Numbered from the stretch's first letter, positions 26,902 to 35,254 are shown. The stretch is DNA of 64,000 nucleotides from Deltaproteobacteria bacterium (GCA_947490345.1 CANLGL010000004.1:7147-71146), one strand, 5' to 3'. Translations and numbers: made by a program. The notes: generated by a model not told the origin, from the sequence alone.

Positions 26902-27625
26902 TCAGGAGGGCCGGGAAGCCCGCGCCGCTGTTGCAGTCGCAATCGCCCGCGTCGTCCTCCCCGGTGTCGTCGTCGATGGTGCCGGTGTCGTCGGTGCCGG
27001 TGTCATCGGCCCCCTCGACCACGAAGCTGCCGGCGGCCGCCCAAGCGCTCTCGGCGCCAAGCTCGTCGACCGCCTGGGCCGACCAGTACCAGGTACCGGC
27101 GGCCAGCTCAGGCGCGACAGTGGTGCTGAACGTCCCAGTCCCTGTCGCCGCCACCGGACCGGAGAAGACCGGCGCCGACAGGTCTGCGGCGGCCGAAACC
27201 ACCATCTGGTAGCTCACCACGTCCCCTTCCGGGTCGGTGGTCTCGGTGGCGGTCAGCACCGCTGCGGCGGCGCTGGTGGCGCCCTCCTCGGGGGTGACCA
27301 GCTCGGGAACGCCGGGGGCGTCGTTCTCACCGCGCACGAACACCTCGATGACGGCCCAGGCGCTGGGCACCGTGGCGGGATCTTCGGCGCGCACGCGCAG
27401 GAAGGCAGCGACGTTTTCGGGCAGGGTGGCACCGGCCGCGGCCATGTCCAGGCTGGTGGTCGGCACGGAAGCCGTCTGCAAACCGGCGCTGTCGAAGCTG
27501 GCGACGAGATCGGCCTGCACGGTGTACGAAACCGTCCCGCCCTCGGGGTCGGTGCTCGTCGACCACGTCAGCACCGGACTCACCGTCAGCAGCTCGTCCC
27601 GGTCCAGCGGGCTGACCCACGCCAC
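26858..27625 (-). CDS. Repeat-containing surface-type protein with MYXO-CTERM-like C-terminal sorting tail; no signal peptide in the ORF
   Basis: The C-terminus DCDCNSGAGFPALLISAFAAIAATRRRK has Cys, a TM segment and a basic tail. There is an internal duplication (TDPEGGTVSYTV / TDPEGDVVSYQM). The only start is GTG 27625, and an in-frame stop lies at 27758-27760 upstream. Confidence 0.5.
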   Translation of the reverse strand: MAWVSPLDRDELLTVSPVLTWSTSTDPEGGTVSYTVQADLVASFDSAGLQTASVPTTSLDMAAAGATLPENVAAFLRVRAEDPATVPSAWAVIEVFVRGENDAPGVPELVTPEEGATSAAAAVLTATETTDPEGDVVSYQMVVSAAADLSAPVFSGPVAATGTGTFSTTVAPELAAGTWYWSAQAVDELGAESAWAAAGSFVVEGADDTGTDDTGTIDDDTGEDDAGDCDCNSGAGFPALLISAFAAIAATRRRK

Positions 27626-27676
27626 GTCCGAGGGAGCAGCGCCGTCCGCCGCGAGGACAGCCCGGAAGCGCGAGGG

Positions 27677-29476
27677 GTGCTTGCGGCGGTATACGGCCGG
27701 CCCCGCTGGACCACGCTCCGCACCGAGGCCCTGCCTGGCTGCCTCCGCTCGTTTCTGTCAGCCGGCGGCAGCCGCGCCCTCTGCGTCCGGGAAAACGACG
27801 CACTCATCCTAGACGAGCGCGGCAAGACCCTCCACACCCTGCCTGGGGCCTGGCGCCGCGGCGCCTTTGCCGGTGACTTGCAGCACGTCGTCCTCATGGA
27901 CGAGTTCGCGGCGCTCTTCGGGTGGACGCCCCCGAGCGGCGTCCAGCGTCTCGGCGGGTACGGCGCAGTCAGCGGCCCTGTCGCGCGCTCCGTGGTGCCG
28001 GGCGCGCTGGTCGTCGTCGGGTCCAGCAACGAGGTGCTCATCGACGCGGTCGCCGGCAGTGGCAAGACCACCCGGAGCTGCCCCGCGAGCAGCTCGGAGC
28101 AATCGGGGGCAATCGCCGCGGACGGCTCGGTGTTGGTTGCCTGCTGGTCCGGGGAGATCGTCCGCCGAAGCGGAGACCAGCTCGCGACGATCTATCGGGT
28201 CGCCCCAGAGCGCGGGCTGCCGTACCTCGTGCAGCCTCTGGAAAGCGGCGAGATCTTCATCGGTTCCGTCACGGGCTGGGGAATGGTCATCGACAAGGAT
28301 GGCATCGAGCGGGTGGCGCGACGACTCGGGGAGGAGTCGGTCTTCACCGCCGACGAGCACGATGGCCGAGTTCTGGTCGGACTCACCGGTGGCGACCTCG
28401 TTGTCTGGGATCTCGGCACCAACGCCGTGCAGTTCCGCACCCGACATCAGGGGGTCCAGGCCGCGTGGGTGGGCGACGATCGCATCGTTCAGCTCGGCAA
28501 CACCCTGTCGGAGCGGTCGGCACCCCGTGACCCCAGGCCCCATCGCATCCCCATTGGCGTCGGCATCGGCGCCTTGACCTGGTCGCCCGACGGCACCGGA
28601 CTCCTCGCGGCGCTCGGCAGCGGGGACGTCGCGGTGCTCGATCCGCGCCGCGGGGGCATCCGCTACCAGCGCCACGTGGCCGATGGGGTGGCCAAGGACA
28701 TCTCCTTCTCCGAAGACGGGCGCCGCTTTGCCGTCGCGGCCGCCAACCCACGCCAGGCCATCTACTCCTGGCCCGACGGCGCCGAGCTGCGTTCGTTCAC
28801 CGGCCCTGCGATGCGCCGGGTGGGCTGGTTCCGTACAGGCGGCATCTTCTACGCACCGTACGCGCGCTCGCTCCGCCACCTCCCTGACAACCTCGTCGGC
28901 GAGCCGACCAGCTTGGAGCACCGTGGCTTCCAGGACCTGGAGGTGAACCAGGAGGGGACCATGGCCGTGGCGATGGACGACAAGAGCACCATCTGGCGCG
29001 GCACCGACGGCCCGACCGTCGCCTGGACCGAGCTGCTGCGTGTACCCCAATCCTCGGGCGTCGCGGCAGCGGGATCGAACGTCTTCGTCAGCGACGTGTC
29101 CACCCTCCGCCGCATCCACCCCGACGGGTCGATCACCTGGACCACGGCCGTGGGCAACAACATCACCGATCTTGCCGTCTCCCCGGACGGTCGCTGGGCG
29201 GCGACCGGCGCCCTCGACGGCTCGATCACCATGTGGAAGGTGGGCGAAGCCGAACCGAGGGCCAGGATGAACGCGCACCGGGCGCGGGTTTCGGCCCTGT
29301 CGTTTTCTCCCGACAGCCTGTGGCTGGCCAGCGGCGGTTGGGACGGCGAGGTCCTGACCTGGTCGACAGAGGCGCTCACCGTTGACGCGACCCACCTGGT
29401 CGAAGAGGTCGAGGCGGCCTGGGGGATCGGCCTGGACGCGGTCCTGTCGCCGAAGATCGTCGCGGACGGTCGCTGA
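27677..29476 (+). CDS. WD40 / beta-propeller repeat protein
   Basis: C-terminal repeats ITDLAVSPDGRWAATGALDGSITMW and VSALSFSPDSLWLASGGWDGEVLTW, with high GC3 from 27677. GTG 27677 is the first in-frame start after the divergent gene. Listed ORF 26042..29476 is mostly read-through. Confidence 0.7.
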   Translation: MLAAVYGRPRWTTLRTEALPGCLRSFLSAGGSRALCVRENDALILDERGKTLHTLPGAWRRGAFAGDLQHVVLMDEFAALFGWTPPSGVQRLGGYGAVSGPVARSVVPGALVVVGSSNEVLIDAVAGSGKTTRSCPASSSEQSGAIAADGSVLVACWSGEIVRRSGDQLATIYRVAPERGLPYLVQPLESGEIFIGSVTGWGMVIDKDGIERVARRLGEESVFTADEHDGRVLVGLTGGDLVVWDLGTNAVQFRTRHQGVQAAWVGDDRIVQLGNTLSERSAPRDPRPHRIPIGVGIGALTWSPDGTGLLAALGSGDVAVLDPRRGGIRYQRHVADGVAKDISFSEDGRRFAVAAANPRQAIYSWPDGAELRSFTGPAMRRVGWFRTGGIFYAPYARSLRHLPDNLVGEPTSLEHRGFQDLEVNQEGTMAVAMDDKSTIWRGTDGPTVAWTELLRVPQSSGVAAAGSNVFVSDVSTLRRIHPDGSITWTTAVGNNITDLAVSPDGRWAATGALDGSITMWKVGEAEPRARMNAHRARVSALSFSPDSLWLASGGWDGEVLTWSTEALTVDATHLVEEVEAAWGIGLDAVLSPKIVADGR

Positions 29477-29506
29477 CGGACGCGGGGCGCCGTTAGAGCG
29501 CGGGCG

Positions 29507-30871
29507 ATGGCTTGGACGGTACGCTTCGACGGGGGCACCCTGGTGCTCCACGGGGCCGGCAAGGACGCGCTCCCTGACGGGTTCGAGTGGGACGACCGCA
29601 TTGCCGCGGCGCGTGCACCCGCCTGCGCCTATGCCGCGTTGGTCGACCGCTGTCGCACCGACACCATCGAGCTCGCCGACGAGGCCCGCGCCTACAACAA
29701 GCTCCCCGACTTACGACACCTCGGCACGCGAACGCCTCGGGAGTATCAGAAGGAGGCCGTGGCCGCATGGCGTGCCGCCCGTTGGCGGGGCATCGTGGTG
29801 CTGCCCACCGGGGCCGGCAAGTCCTTCGTCGCGGAGACGTGCATCGCCCTGGCGCAGCGCAGCACGCTGGTGGTAGTGCCGACCCTCGACCTGCTCAGCC
29901 AGTGGTACGGCAACCTGCAGGCTGCGTTCGGCGTCGAGATCGGGGCGCTCGGCGGCGGTCGCCACGAAATCCGCGACATCACCGTGACAACCTACGACTC
30001 CGCGTGGATGCACATGGACAAGTACGGGGGGCGCTTCGGTCTCGTGGTCTTCGACGAGGTCCATCACCTGCCCGCGTCGATGTACCTTCGCGCGGCCGAA
30101 TCCATGATCGCCCCGCTTCGGCTGGGCCTCACTGCCACCCTGGAACGCACCGACCTCCGCCACGAGCTGCTGACCGACGTGGTCGGCCCGGTCGTTCACC
30201 GCGTCGAAATACCCGATCTCGCGGGCGACTTCCTGGCTCCCTACCATGTTGAGGTGGTGAGCGTGAAGCTCTCCGCCGAGGACGAGCGCCAGTATGCCGA
30301 GCTTCGCGGCACCTATCGACAGTTCGTCCAGAGCCGAGGCATCCGGATGAGCGCGCCCGACGGCTGGACCCGCTTTCTGATCGAAGCCAGCCGCAGCCGG
30401 GAGGGTCGCGCCGCGTTCAAGGCCTTCCTCGCTGCCAAGGCGATCGCCCACGGCGGCCCCCGCAAGATCGCCATGGTCCGGCAGATTCTCGCCGAAGAAG
30501 CCGGACGTCGCGCCATCGTCTTCACCAACGACAACGCCACCGCGCTCAAAGTCAGCCGGGAGCTGCTCGTTCCGTGCATCACCCATCACACCGACGTGAA
30601 GGAGCGCCGCTGGATCCTTGACGCCTTCGCCGCGGGCGACGTGCGCTGTGTCACGACGAGCCGCGTGCTGAACGAAGGCGTCGACCTCCCCGCAGCCGAG
30701 GTCGCGATCATCGTGAGCGGAACCTCCACGGTGCGCGAGGCCGTGCAGCGGCTGGGCAGGATCCTGCGCCCTTCCGGCGACAAGCAGGCCGTGCTCTACG
30801 AGCTCATCTCCGAAGGCACCACCGAGTCCGCGGCCAGCGAGCGCCGCCGGGAGCACGATGCTTACCGGTGA
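29507..30871 (+). CDS. xpb: XPB / ERCC3-like SF2 DNA helicase
   Basis: PREYQKEAV, LPTGAGKS (Walker A), VFDEVHHL (DEVH) and the C-terminal helicase domain TSRVLNEGVDLP. Confidence 0.85.
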   Translation: MAWTVRFDGGTLVLHGAGKDALPDGFEWDDRIAAARAPACAYAALVDRCRTDTIELADEARAYNKLPDLRHLGTRTPREYQKEAVAAWRAARWRGIVVLPTGAGKSFVAETCIALAQRSTLVVVPTLDLLSQWYGNLQAAFGVEIGALGGGRHEIRDITVTTYDSAWMHMDKYGGRFGLVVFDEVHHLPASMYLRAAESMIAPLRLGLTATLERTDLRHELLTDVVGPVVHRVEIPDLAGDFLAPYHVEVVSVKLSAEDERQYAELRGTYRQFVQSRGIRMSAPDGWTRFLIEASRSREGRAAFKAFLAAKAIAHGGPRKIAMVRQILAEEAGRRAIVFTNDNATALKVSRELLVPCITHHTDVKERRWILDAFAAGDVRCVTTSRVLNEGVDLPAAEVAIIVSGTSTVREAVQRLGRILRPSGDKQAVLYELISEGTTESAASERRREHDAYR

Positions 30872-32063
30872 GCTGGTCCGCGCGACCGTAAAAGACAGCA
30901 AGGCCCGCCCGGGCTTCATCTCGCATCACCAGGACCGCTACCGCGAGCGCGCCGAGGACATTCTCGCCTGCGTCGGCGCCAGCCTGGGCAAGCGCCGTGC
31001 CGACATCGAGGAGGAGCTGGAGGGGATCCTTGGCGACGGCGTGGACCGCAAGCTCTTCGACGGCCTCGCCAAGCTCGTATTCGACGCCTGTGAGTTCGCG
31101 GTCCAGTCGCCAGTGCCCCCCCGAGAACTGCGCCAGCGCGTGTGGTTGGAGAGCGCTCGGCGAGGGCCGCTCTCGGTGGTGGACGTCGAAGGAGCGAACA
31201 CGACCGCCTCGGTCTTCGCCGCCGTCGCCGCCGAGCTTGGCGTCGATCCGGGCCCCCTCCCCGACGCGCTGTACGCCGACCACCCCGCCGAGCAGCGCCT
31301 CACCGCGTTCGAAGCGGGAAACAGTCAGTGGCTGGTGGATCGCTACAACCTGGCGCTGGTGCAGGCGCTACTTTTCTCAGCCCCCCGCCTCGATATTCGC
31401 CTCAGGGCGGCGACCCCCGCCCGGGTGCGACAGGTGCTGCGGGCGGTGAAGTTCCACCAGCTCTGTTTCACCGCCAGTCGCGTCGGAGAGGACCTACACC
31501 TGGAGTTGGACGGCCCGGCGTCCCTCTTCAGCCAGAGCAGCCGGTACGGGCTGGCGCTGGCGCGTTTCTTGCCGACCCTCGTGCTACAACCGGCCTGGTC
31601 GCTCACCGCCGTGGTCGCCGTGCGCCGTTTCAAGCCGACGCTATCCCTTGACCAGGACAGCGGCTTGCGCACCGACCTGAAGGATGTCGGCGCCTACGAG
31701 ACGCGCGAGGCCGCGTGGTTCGCCGAGCGTTTTGTGGCCCTGGACTCAGGCTGGACCCTGGATCGAGACCCGACGCCGCTCAATCAGGGCGGCGAGGGCG
31801 TGGTGGTTCCTGACTTCAGCTTCCGGAAGGGCGGCAAGGTCGCCCACCTGGAAATCCTCGGCTTCTGGCGCAAGGGCACCATCGAGAACCGCCTATCGCT
31901 CCTCAAGAAACATGGGCCTCGAAACCTCGTCCTCGCGGTGAGTCGCCGCTATTGCACCGAAAAGGCGGCAGAGTTGCCCGCGCAGGTGGTGCCCTTCGCC
32001 GAGGTGATCCCGGCCAAGCTGGTGTTGGAGCGGGTGGAGGCGGTGGCGGTGCGGAGCGGGTGA
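30858..32063 (+). CDS. bax1: DUF790 / Bax1-like nuclease
   Basis: It overlaps the xpb stop by 14 nt. VVPDFSFRKGGKVAHLEILGFW is the Bax1 nuclease-type motif. Confidence 0.75.
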   Translation: MLTGELVRATVKDSKARPGFISHHQDRYRERAEDILACVGASLGKRRADIEEELEGILGDGVDRKLFDGLAKLVFDACEFAVQSPVPPRELRQRVWLESARRGPLSVVDVEGANTTASVFAAVAAELGVDPGPLPDALYADHPAEQRLTAFEAGNSQWLVDRYNLALVQALLFSAPRLDIRLRAATPARVRQVLRAVKFHQLCFTASRVGEDLHLELDGPASLFSQSSRYGLALARFLPTLVLQPAWSLTAVVAVRRFKPTLSLDQDSGLRTDLKDVGAYETREAAWFAERFVALDSGWTLDRDPTPLNQGGEGVVVPDFSFRKGGKVAHLEILGFWRKGTIENRLSLLKKHGPRNLVLAVSRRYCTEKAAELPAQVVPFAEVIPAKLVLERVEAVAVRSG

Positions 32064-32065
32064 TG

Positions 32066-32086
32066 ATCCACCGCACTGTGGTGGAT
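32066..32086. terminator. Short hairpin between convergent bax1 and PCD genes
   Basis: ATCCACC-7 nt-GGTGGAT inverted repeat. No clear U-tract. Confidence 0.25.
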
Positions 32087-32093
32087 TCTCCCG

Positions 32094-32327
32094 CTAGCCC
32101 AGCACCGCATCCAACACCGCCGCCAGCGCCCGATCCCGCTGGGTCACGACGCGACCCTGATCGTGGGTGGTCAGGGTGATGCGCACGTAGCCCCAGCCGA
32201 AGGCGATGTCCGGATGGTGGCCAGCCGCCTCACTGGGGGCGATCAGGGATTGTACGATCGCGAAGGCGCTCACGAAGTCCTTCGTCTTCACCTCGCGAAC
32301 CAAGCAGCCATCGTTCTCGGTCCACAT
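32094..32327 (-). CDS. Pterin-4a-carbinolamine dehydratase (PCD/DCoH) family, short form
   Basis: EAAGHHPDIAFGWGYVRITLTTHD motif. It is 77 aa; an in-frame stop 3 codons upstream of the ATG excludes a longer form. Confidence 0.7.
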   Translation of the reverse strand: MWTENDGCLVREVKTKDFVSAFAIVQSLIAPSEAAGHHPDIAFGWGYVRITLTTHDQGRVVTQRDRALAAVLDAVLG

Positions 32328-32336
32328 GGCGAACCG

Positions 32337-33761
32337 CTATCGCGCGTCGTTGAGGCGGGCCGCCTCGGCCCAGACTGCCGCCGCGCCCGCGGTGTTCCCC
32401 TTCTTGGTGAGCAGGTCGCCCTTCAACACCAGGAGGTTGCTCCGAAACACCGTGTTCTTCGCGCTGCGAGCGAGGCCCTTCTCCACCAGCGACAAGGCGT
32501 AGTCGGTGCGCCCGGCGCCCGCAGCGAGACTCGCCGCGCGCCAGAGGGCGTCCTGCCCAACGTTGGTATCAGGGTCCGCCGCGAGGGTGAGGTACCGGGC
32601 GAGGGCGCCGTCGATATCGCCGCTGCCGCGGAGCGCCTCGACGTCCGCGTAGACCGTCGCCACGCGCTCGAGGCCGACGTACCAGTTGGACTGGTAGTCG
32701 CGAGGCGAGGCCGCCCCGCGAGAGTCGAGCGCGTCGTAGGCGCGCTGGCTGCTGGAGGATCGGCCGGTGCTGCCCGCCTGAGTGGTCGGCTCTGCAGCGG
32801 GAGCCGATGCAGCCTGGGTCGGCGCCTTGGTAGTGGACGCCGGCTTCTGTGGGGTGCTCTTCGCCTTTTGCTCCACTGCCTCAGGGGCCGGGGCGTCTTT
32901 GCGCCGCGGCGCCTCCTCCTCCTCCAGTTCCTTGTCCGTGGCCTCGCGCGATTCCTCCTTCTTGGCGCTCTTGCCCTCGCTCCAGCCCCAGGAGTCGTCC
33001 TCGTCCGCGGTAGATTCGTCGCGCACCGGAACCTCGGCTGGCTTGGCCGGCGGCGGCGGCGGGGCGGGCGAGGCGGGGGCTGACCCGGGGGCGCCGTTCG
33101 CGGCGGCGCCAGCGCCCCCGGCTCCGGCGGGCTCAAGGGCGCCATCGCCCTTTTCCAGGTACCCCTGTGAGCGCGCTCGTTCCTCGCTCGTAGCGAGGTC
33201 CGCGCCCACCTCCCCGGCGGAGACCGTCGACGGGGTCGGGGGCACAGCCACCACCGGCGCGGGCGCCGGCCCCGCCTCGGCGATCACGCCCACCGGCGGC
33301 GACACCGGCGCCGACGCGGCCCCGGTTGCGGGCTCCGCCACCATCGGCGCGGGCGCCATCTGCTCGCTACGGGCCGCCTCCTGGACGACCTTCTGGCCGC
33401 TGAACCACAAGCCCGCCGCTGGAATCACGATCACCGCCGCCAGCGCCGCGGTGATGCCCAGCCCCAAGGCCGGCGCCATCCACCACGGCCGACGCCGCGC
33501 CGGCGTTGCACGGGCGCCCACGCCCCGCGCGCTGGCCCGTTCGCTCCCCAGCTTTGGCCGCGCCGCGCTCGCCGCGAACGGACCCGTCGTCACCGTGGCC
33601 AGAACGTCGTCGATGGTGACGCGCGGCGCCGGCGCGCGCTCCGGCCGCATCGCGTAGACCGCGGCGACCACCTCGGCCGACAACCCCTCGGGCGGAGGTG
33701 TGCCCGGCCGAGTGGACAACCACTCGGCAAGCAGGCGGGCTTCGGTCTCTTCAGTCGTCAT
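32337..33761 (-). CDS. Anti-sigma factor, single TM, Pro/Ala-rich linker, C-terminal TPR-like region
   Basis: It overlaps the ECF sigma gene stop by 11 nt. TM segment WWMAPALGLGITAALAAVIVIPA, with a helical repeat C-terminus. Confidence 0.65.
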   Translation of the reverse strand: MTTEETEARLLAEWLSTRPGTPPPEGLSAEVVAAVYAMRPERAPAPRVTIDDVLATVTTGPFAASAARPKLGSERASARGVGARATPARRRPWWMAPALGLGITAALAAVIVIPAAGLWFSGQKVVQEAARSEQMAPAPMVAEPATGAASAPVSPPVGVIAEAGPAPAPVVAVPPTPSTVSAGEVGADLATSEERARSQGYLEKGDGALEPAGAGGAGAAANGAPGSAPASPAPPPPPAKPAEVPVRDESTADEDDSWGWSEGKSAKKEESREATDKELEEEEAPRRKDAPAPEAVEQKAKSTPQKPASTTKAPTQAASAPAAEPTTQAGSTGRSSSSQRAYDALDSRGAASPRDYQSNWYVGLERVATVYADVEALRGSGDIDGALARYLTLAADPDTNVGQDALWRAASLAAGAGRTDYALSLVEKGLARSAKNTVFRSNLLVLKGDLLTKKGNTAGAAAVWAEAARLNDAR

Positions 33762-34365
33762 CGGGTTGGAAGGCCTTTTTGAAGGCGGCAGAGGCGCGGT
33801 GGAGAATCACGTCGAAGTTGCCGATGGTCACGCCCATCTTCTCGGCACACTCTTCACGTTCGAGGTCGTCGAACATGCGAAGGCGGAGCGCTTCGGCGTA
33901 GCGGGGGTTGATCTTCTGGAGCGCCGCGTCGACTTCGGCGCGGGTGTCGTCCTGGTCCGAACCCTGGTCGGGCGCGGGTCCCGCGTCCTCGGGGTCGACC
34001 GCCGCGGCGAGGGCATCCTCAAGGCGGCGGACGCGCTGGTTGGCGCGGTGGACGTCGATCGCGCGGTTGATCGCGATGCGGCGGAGCCAGAAGTAGATGG
34101 AGCGGTCGGAGTCTGGTTTGTAGGTCTCGGCCCGCTCCAGCACGGTGCGGAAGGTGTCCACGAGCACGTTCTCCGCCAGCTCCCGGTTCGGCAGCCGCGG
34201 CAGGATCACCTCCCGAAACAGCGCGTCTCCGTACCAGGCGTAGAGCATGCCCGCGGCGTTGCGGTCACCGCGGAGGAGTCCCTCCACGATGGTCCGCTCT
34301 TCCGCGATGGGCTGCAGCTCGGCTTCGTCGACCAGGGAGCCCTCCTCGGCACTCCCACCCGACAA
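33751..34365 (-). CDS. ECF (group IV) sigma-70 factor
   Basis: Region 2 FWLRRIAINRAIDVHR and region 4 RYAEALRLRMFDDLEREECAEKMGVTIGNFDVILHRA. TTG start, uncertain. Confidence 0.8.
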   Translation of the reverse strand: MSGGSAEEGSLVDEAELQPIAEERTIVEGLLRGDRNAAGMLYAWYGDALFREVILPRLPNRELAENVLVDTFRTVLERAETYKPDSDRSIYFWLRRIAINRAIDVHRANQRVRRLEDALAAAVDPEDAGPAPDQGSDQDDTRAEVDAALQKINPRYAEALRLRMFDDLEREECAEKMGVTIGNFDVILHRASAAFKKAFQPDDD

Positions 34366-34397
34366 ACGGATGGGGAGCGGAGAATCTTACACGTCGG

Positions 34398-34838
34398 CTA
34401 CCGGCCGGCCGGGTTCGACAGCGGGTTGACGAGGCGGACGCCGGGGAAGCGGGCGAAGTCGGTGTCGTTGGTGGCGACGGTGGCGCGGTGCTCGAGCGCA
34501 AGCGCCGCAAGCTGGGCATCCGTGGTGAGGTTCCCAGCCACCCCCAGCTCGGTGAGGAAACCCAGCGCCAGCTCGACGTGCACGCGTCCGCCCGGGAGCA
34601 CGCGGACGTTCGGCCGGCGCAGCCAGCTTTCGACGAGCCCCGACGCGGCAGCGACGGCCATCGGGGTGGTGAAGACGCGCCGATTGGTCGCGATGCGAAC
34701 GAACCCGAAGATGGAGACCGCGGGCAGGCCGACCTCGGCGCTCGTCAACGTCTCCTCCCATCATGCGCGCGCGACTGCGTGATGCGCGAACGCATCGATG
34801 TGCGCATAGAGCAGCAGGTTGACGTCGGGGATGATCAC
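34398..34838 (-). pseudogene. vapC: PIN-domain (VapC-like) toxin gene interrupted by an in-frame TGA
   Basis: GTG 34838 opens VIIPDVNLLLYAHIDAFAHHAVARA, then TGA at 34761-34763. The same frame continues WEETLTSAEVGLPAVSIFGFVRIATNRRVF...TNDTDFARFPGV. The listed ORF 34398..34748 is only the part after the stop. Confidence 0.7.
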
Positions 34839-35086
34839 CGCAGCCCCCCGCACTGGAAGGACGCCAACCCCCAGACCGGCGAGGCCCCTCGCCTTACGAC
34901 ACCACCGATCAGCTCATCTGGAGCTGCGGCAGCGAGTTCGTCGGGGACATCAACATCTGGGCCGGCGCCGACGACCATGAGATCGCCACCCGCACCGTCA
35001 CCACCGTGCTGACCGAAGACGAGTGCCACGTCGAGACGCAGACCCTCGGCGCCCGCTGCGACGCCGGCGAAACTCGGTCCCGGTGA
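34835..35086 (+). pseudogene. Start-less protein-like ORF fragment
   Basis: The frame runs from the stop at 34832-34834 to TGA at 35084-35086 and encodes ...PYDTTDQLIWSCGSEFVGDINIWAGADDHEIATRTVTTVLTEDECHVETQTLGARCDAGETRSR. By hand count, 58 of 63 codons end in G/C. There is no ATG, GTG or TTG until near the end. Confidence 0.35.
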
Positions 35087-35090
35087 ACGA

Positions 35091-35254
35091 TGAACCGAAG
35101 TGACCAGGATCCCCCACATCCTGCCGACTTTGGTTCACGATTCTGAACCGAAGTGACCAGGATCCCCCACATCCTGCCGACTTTGGTTCACGATTCGGCG
35201 ACTTCGATGAACCGAAGTGGCGATGATCTGGCAGATCCTACGGACTTCGGTTCA
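35091..35254. repeat. Three tandem copies of a 47-nt hairpin-forming element
   Basis: 35091-35143 and 35144-35196 are identical 53-nt units (TGAACCGAAGTGACCAGGATCCCCCACATCCTGCCGACTTTGGTTCA + CGATTC). A diverged third copy lies at 35208-35254 (TGAACCGAAGTGGCGATGATCTGGCAGATCCTACGGACTTCGGTTCA). Confidence 0.9.

Noticed and set aside
26042-29476. The 1144-aa ORF as a single giant gene.
   Set aside because: Only the last 600 codons or so (from GTG 27677) show WD40 repeats and natural composition. The upstream part runs out of frame across the TIGR02757 gene and antisense to the sorting-tail gene.
34761-34763. The TGA in vapC as selenocysteine or programmed readthrough.
   Set aside because: No SECIS-like hairpin is evident downstream. 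PIN toxins are not known selenoproteins. Simple nonsense decay fits the degraded context.
34835-34978. Minus-strand 47-aa ORF as the VapB antitoxin (GTGA overlap with vapC; DVDVPDELAAAA resembles VapB N-termini).
   Set aside because: Third-position G/C is only 33/47, exactly what the codon-complement of the better plus-strand frame (58/63) would give. There is no further antitoxin-like similarity. It is kept only as a possibility in the findings.
35091-35254. A CRISPR array.
   Set aside because: Units are 47 nt separated by only 6-11 nt, so there are no spacers. There are only three copies and no cas genes in the window.
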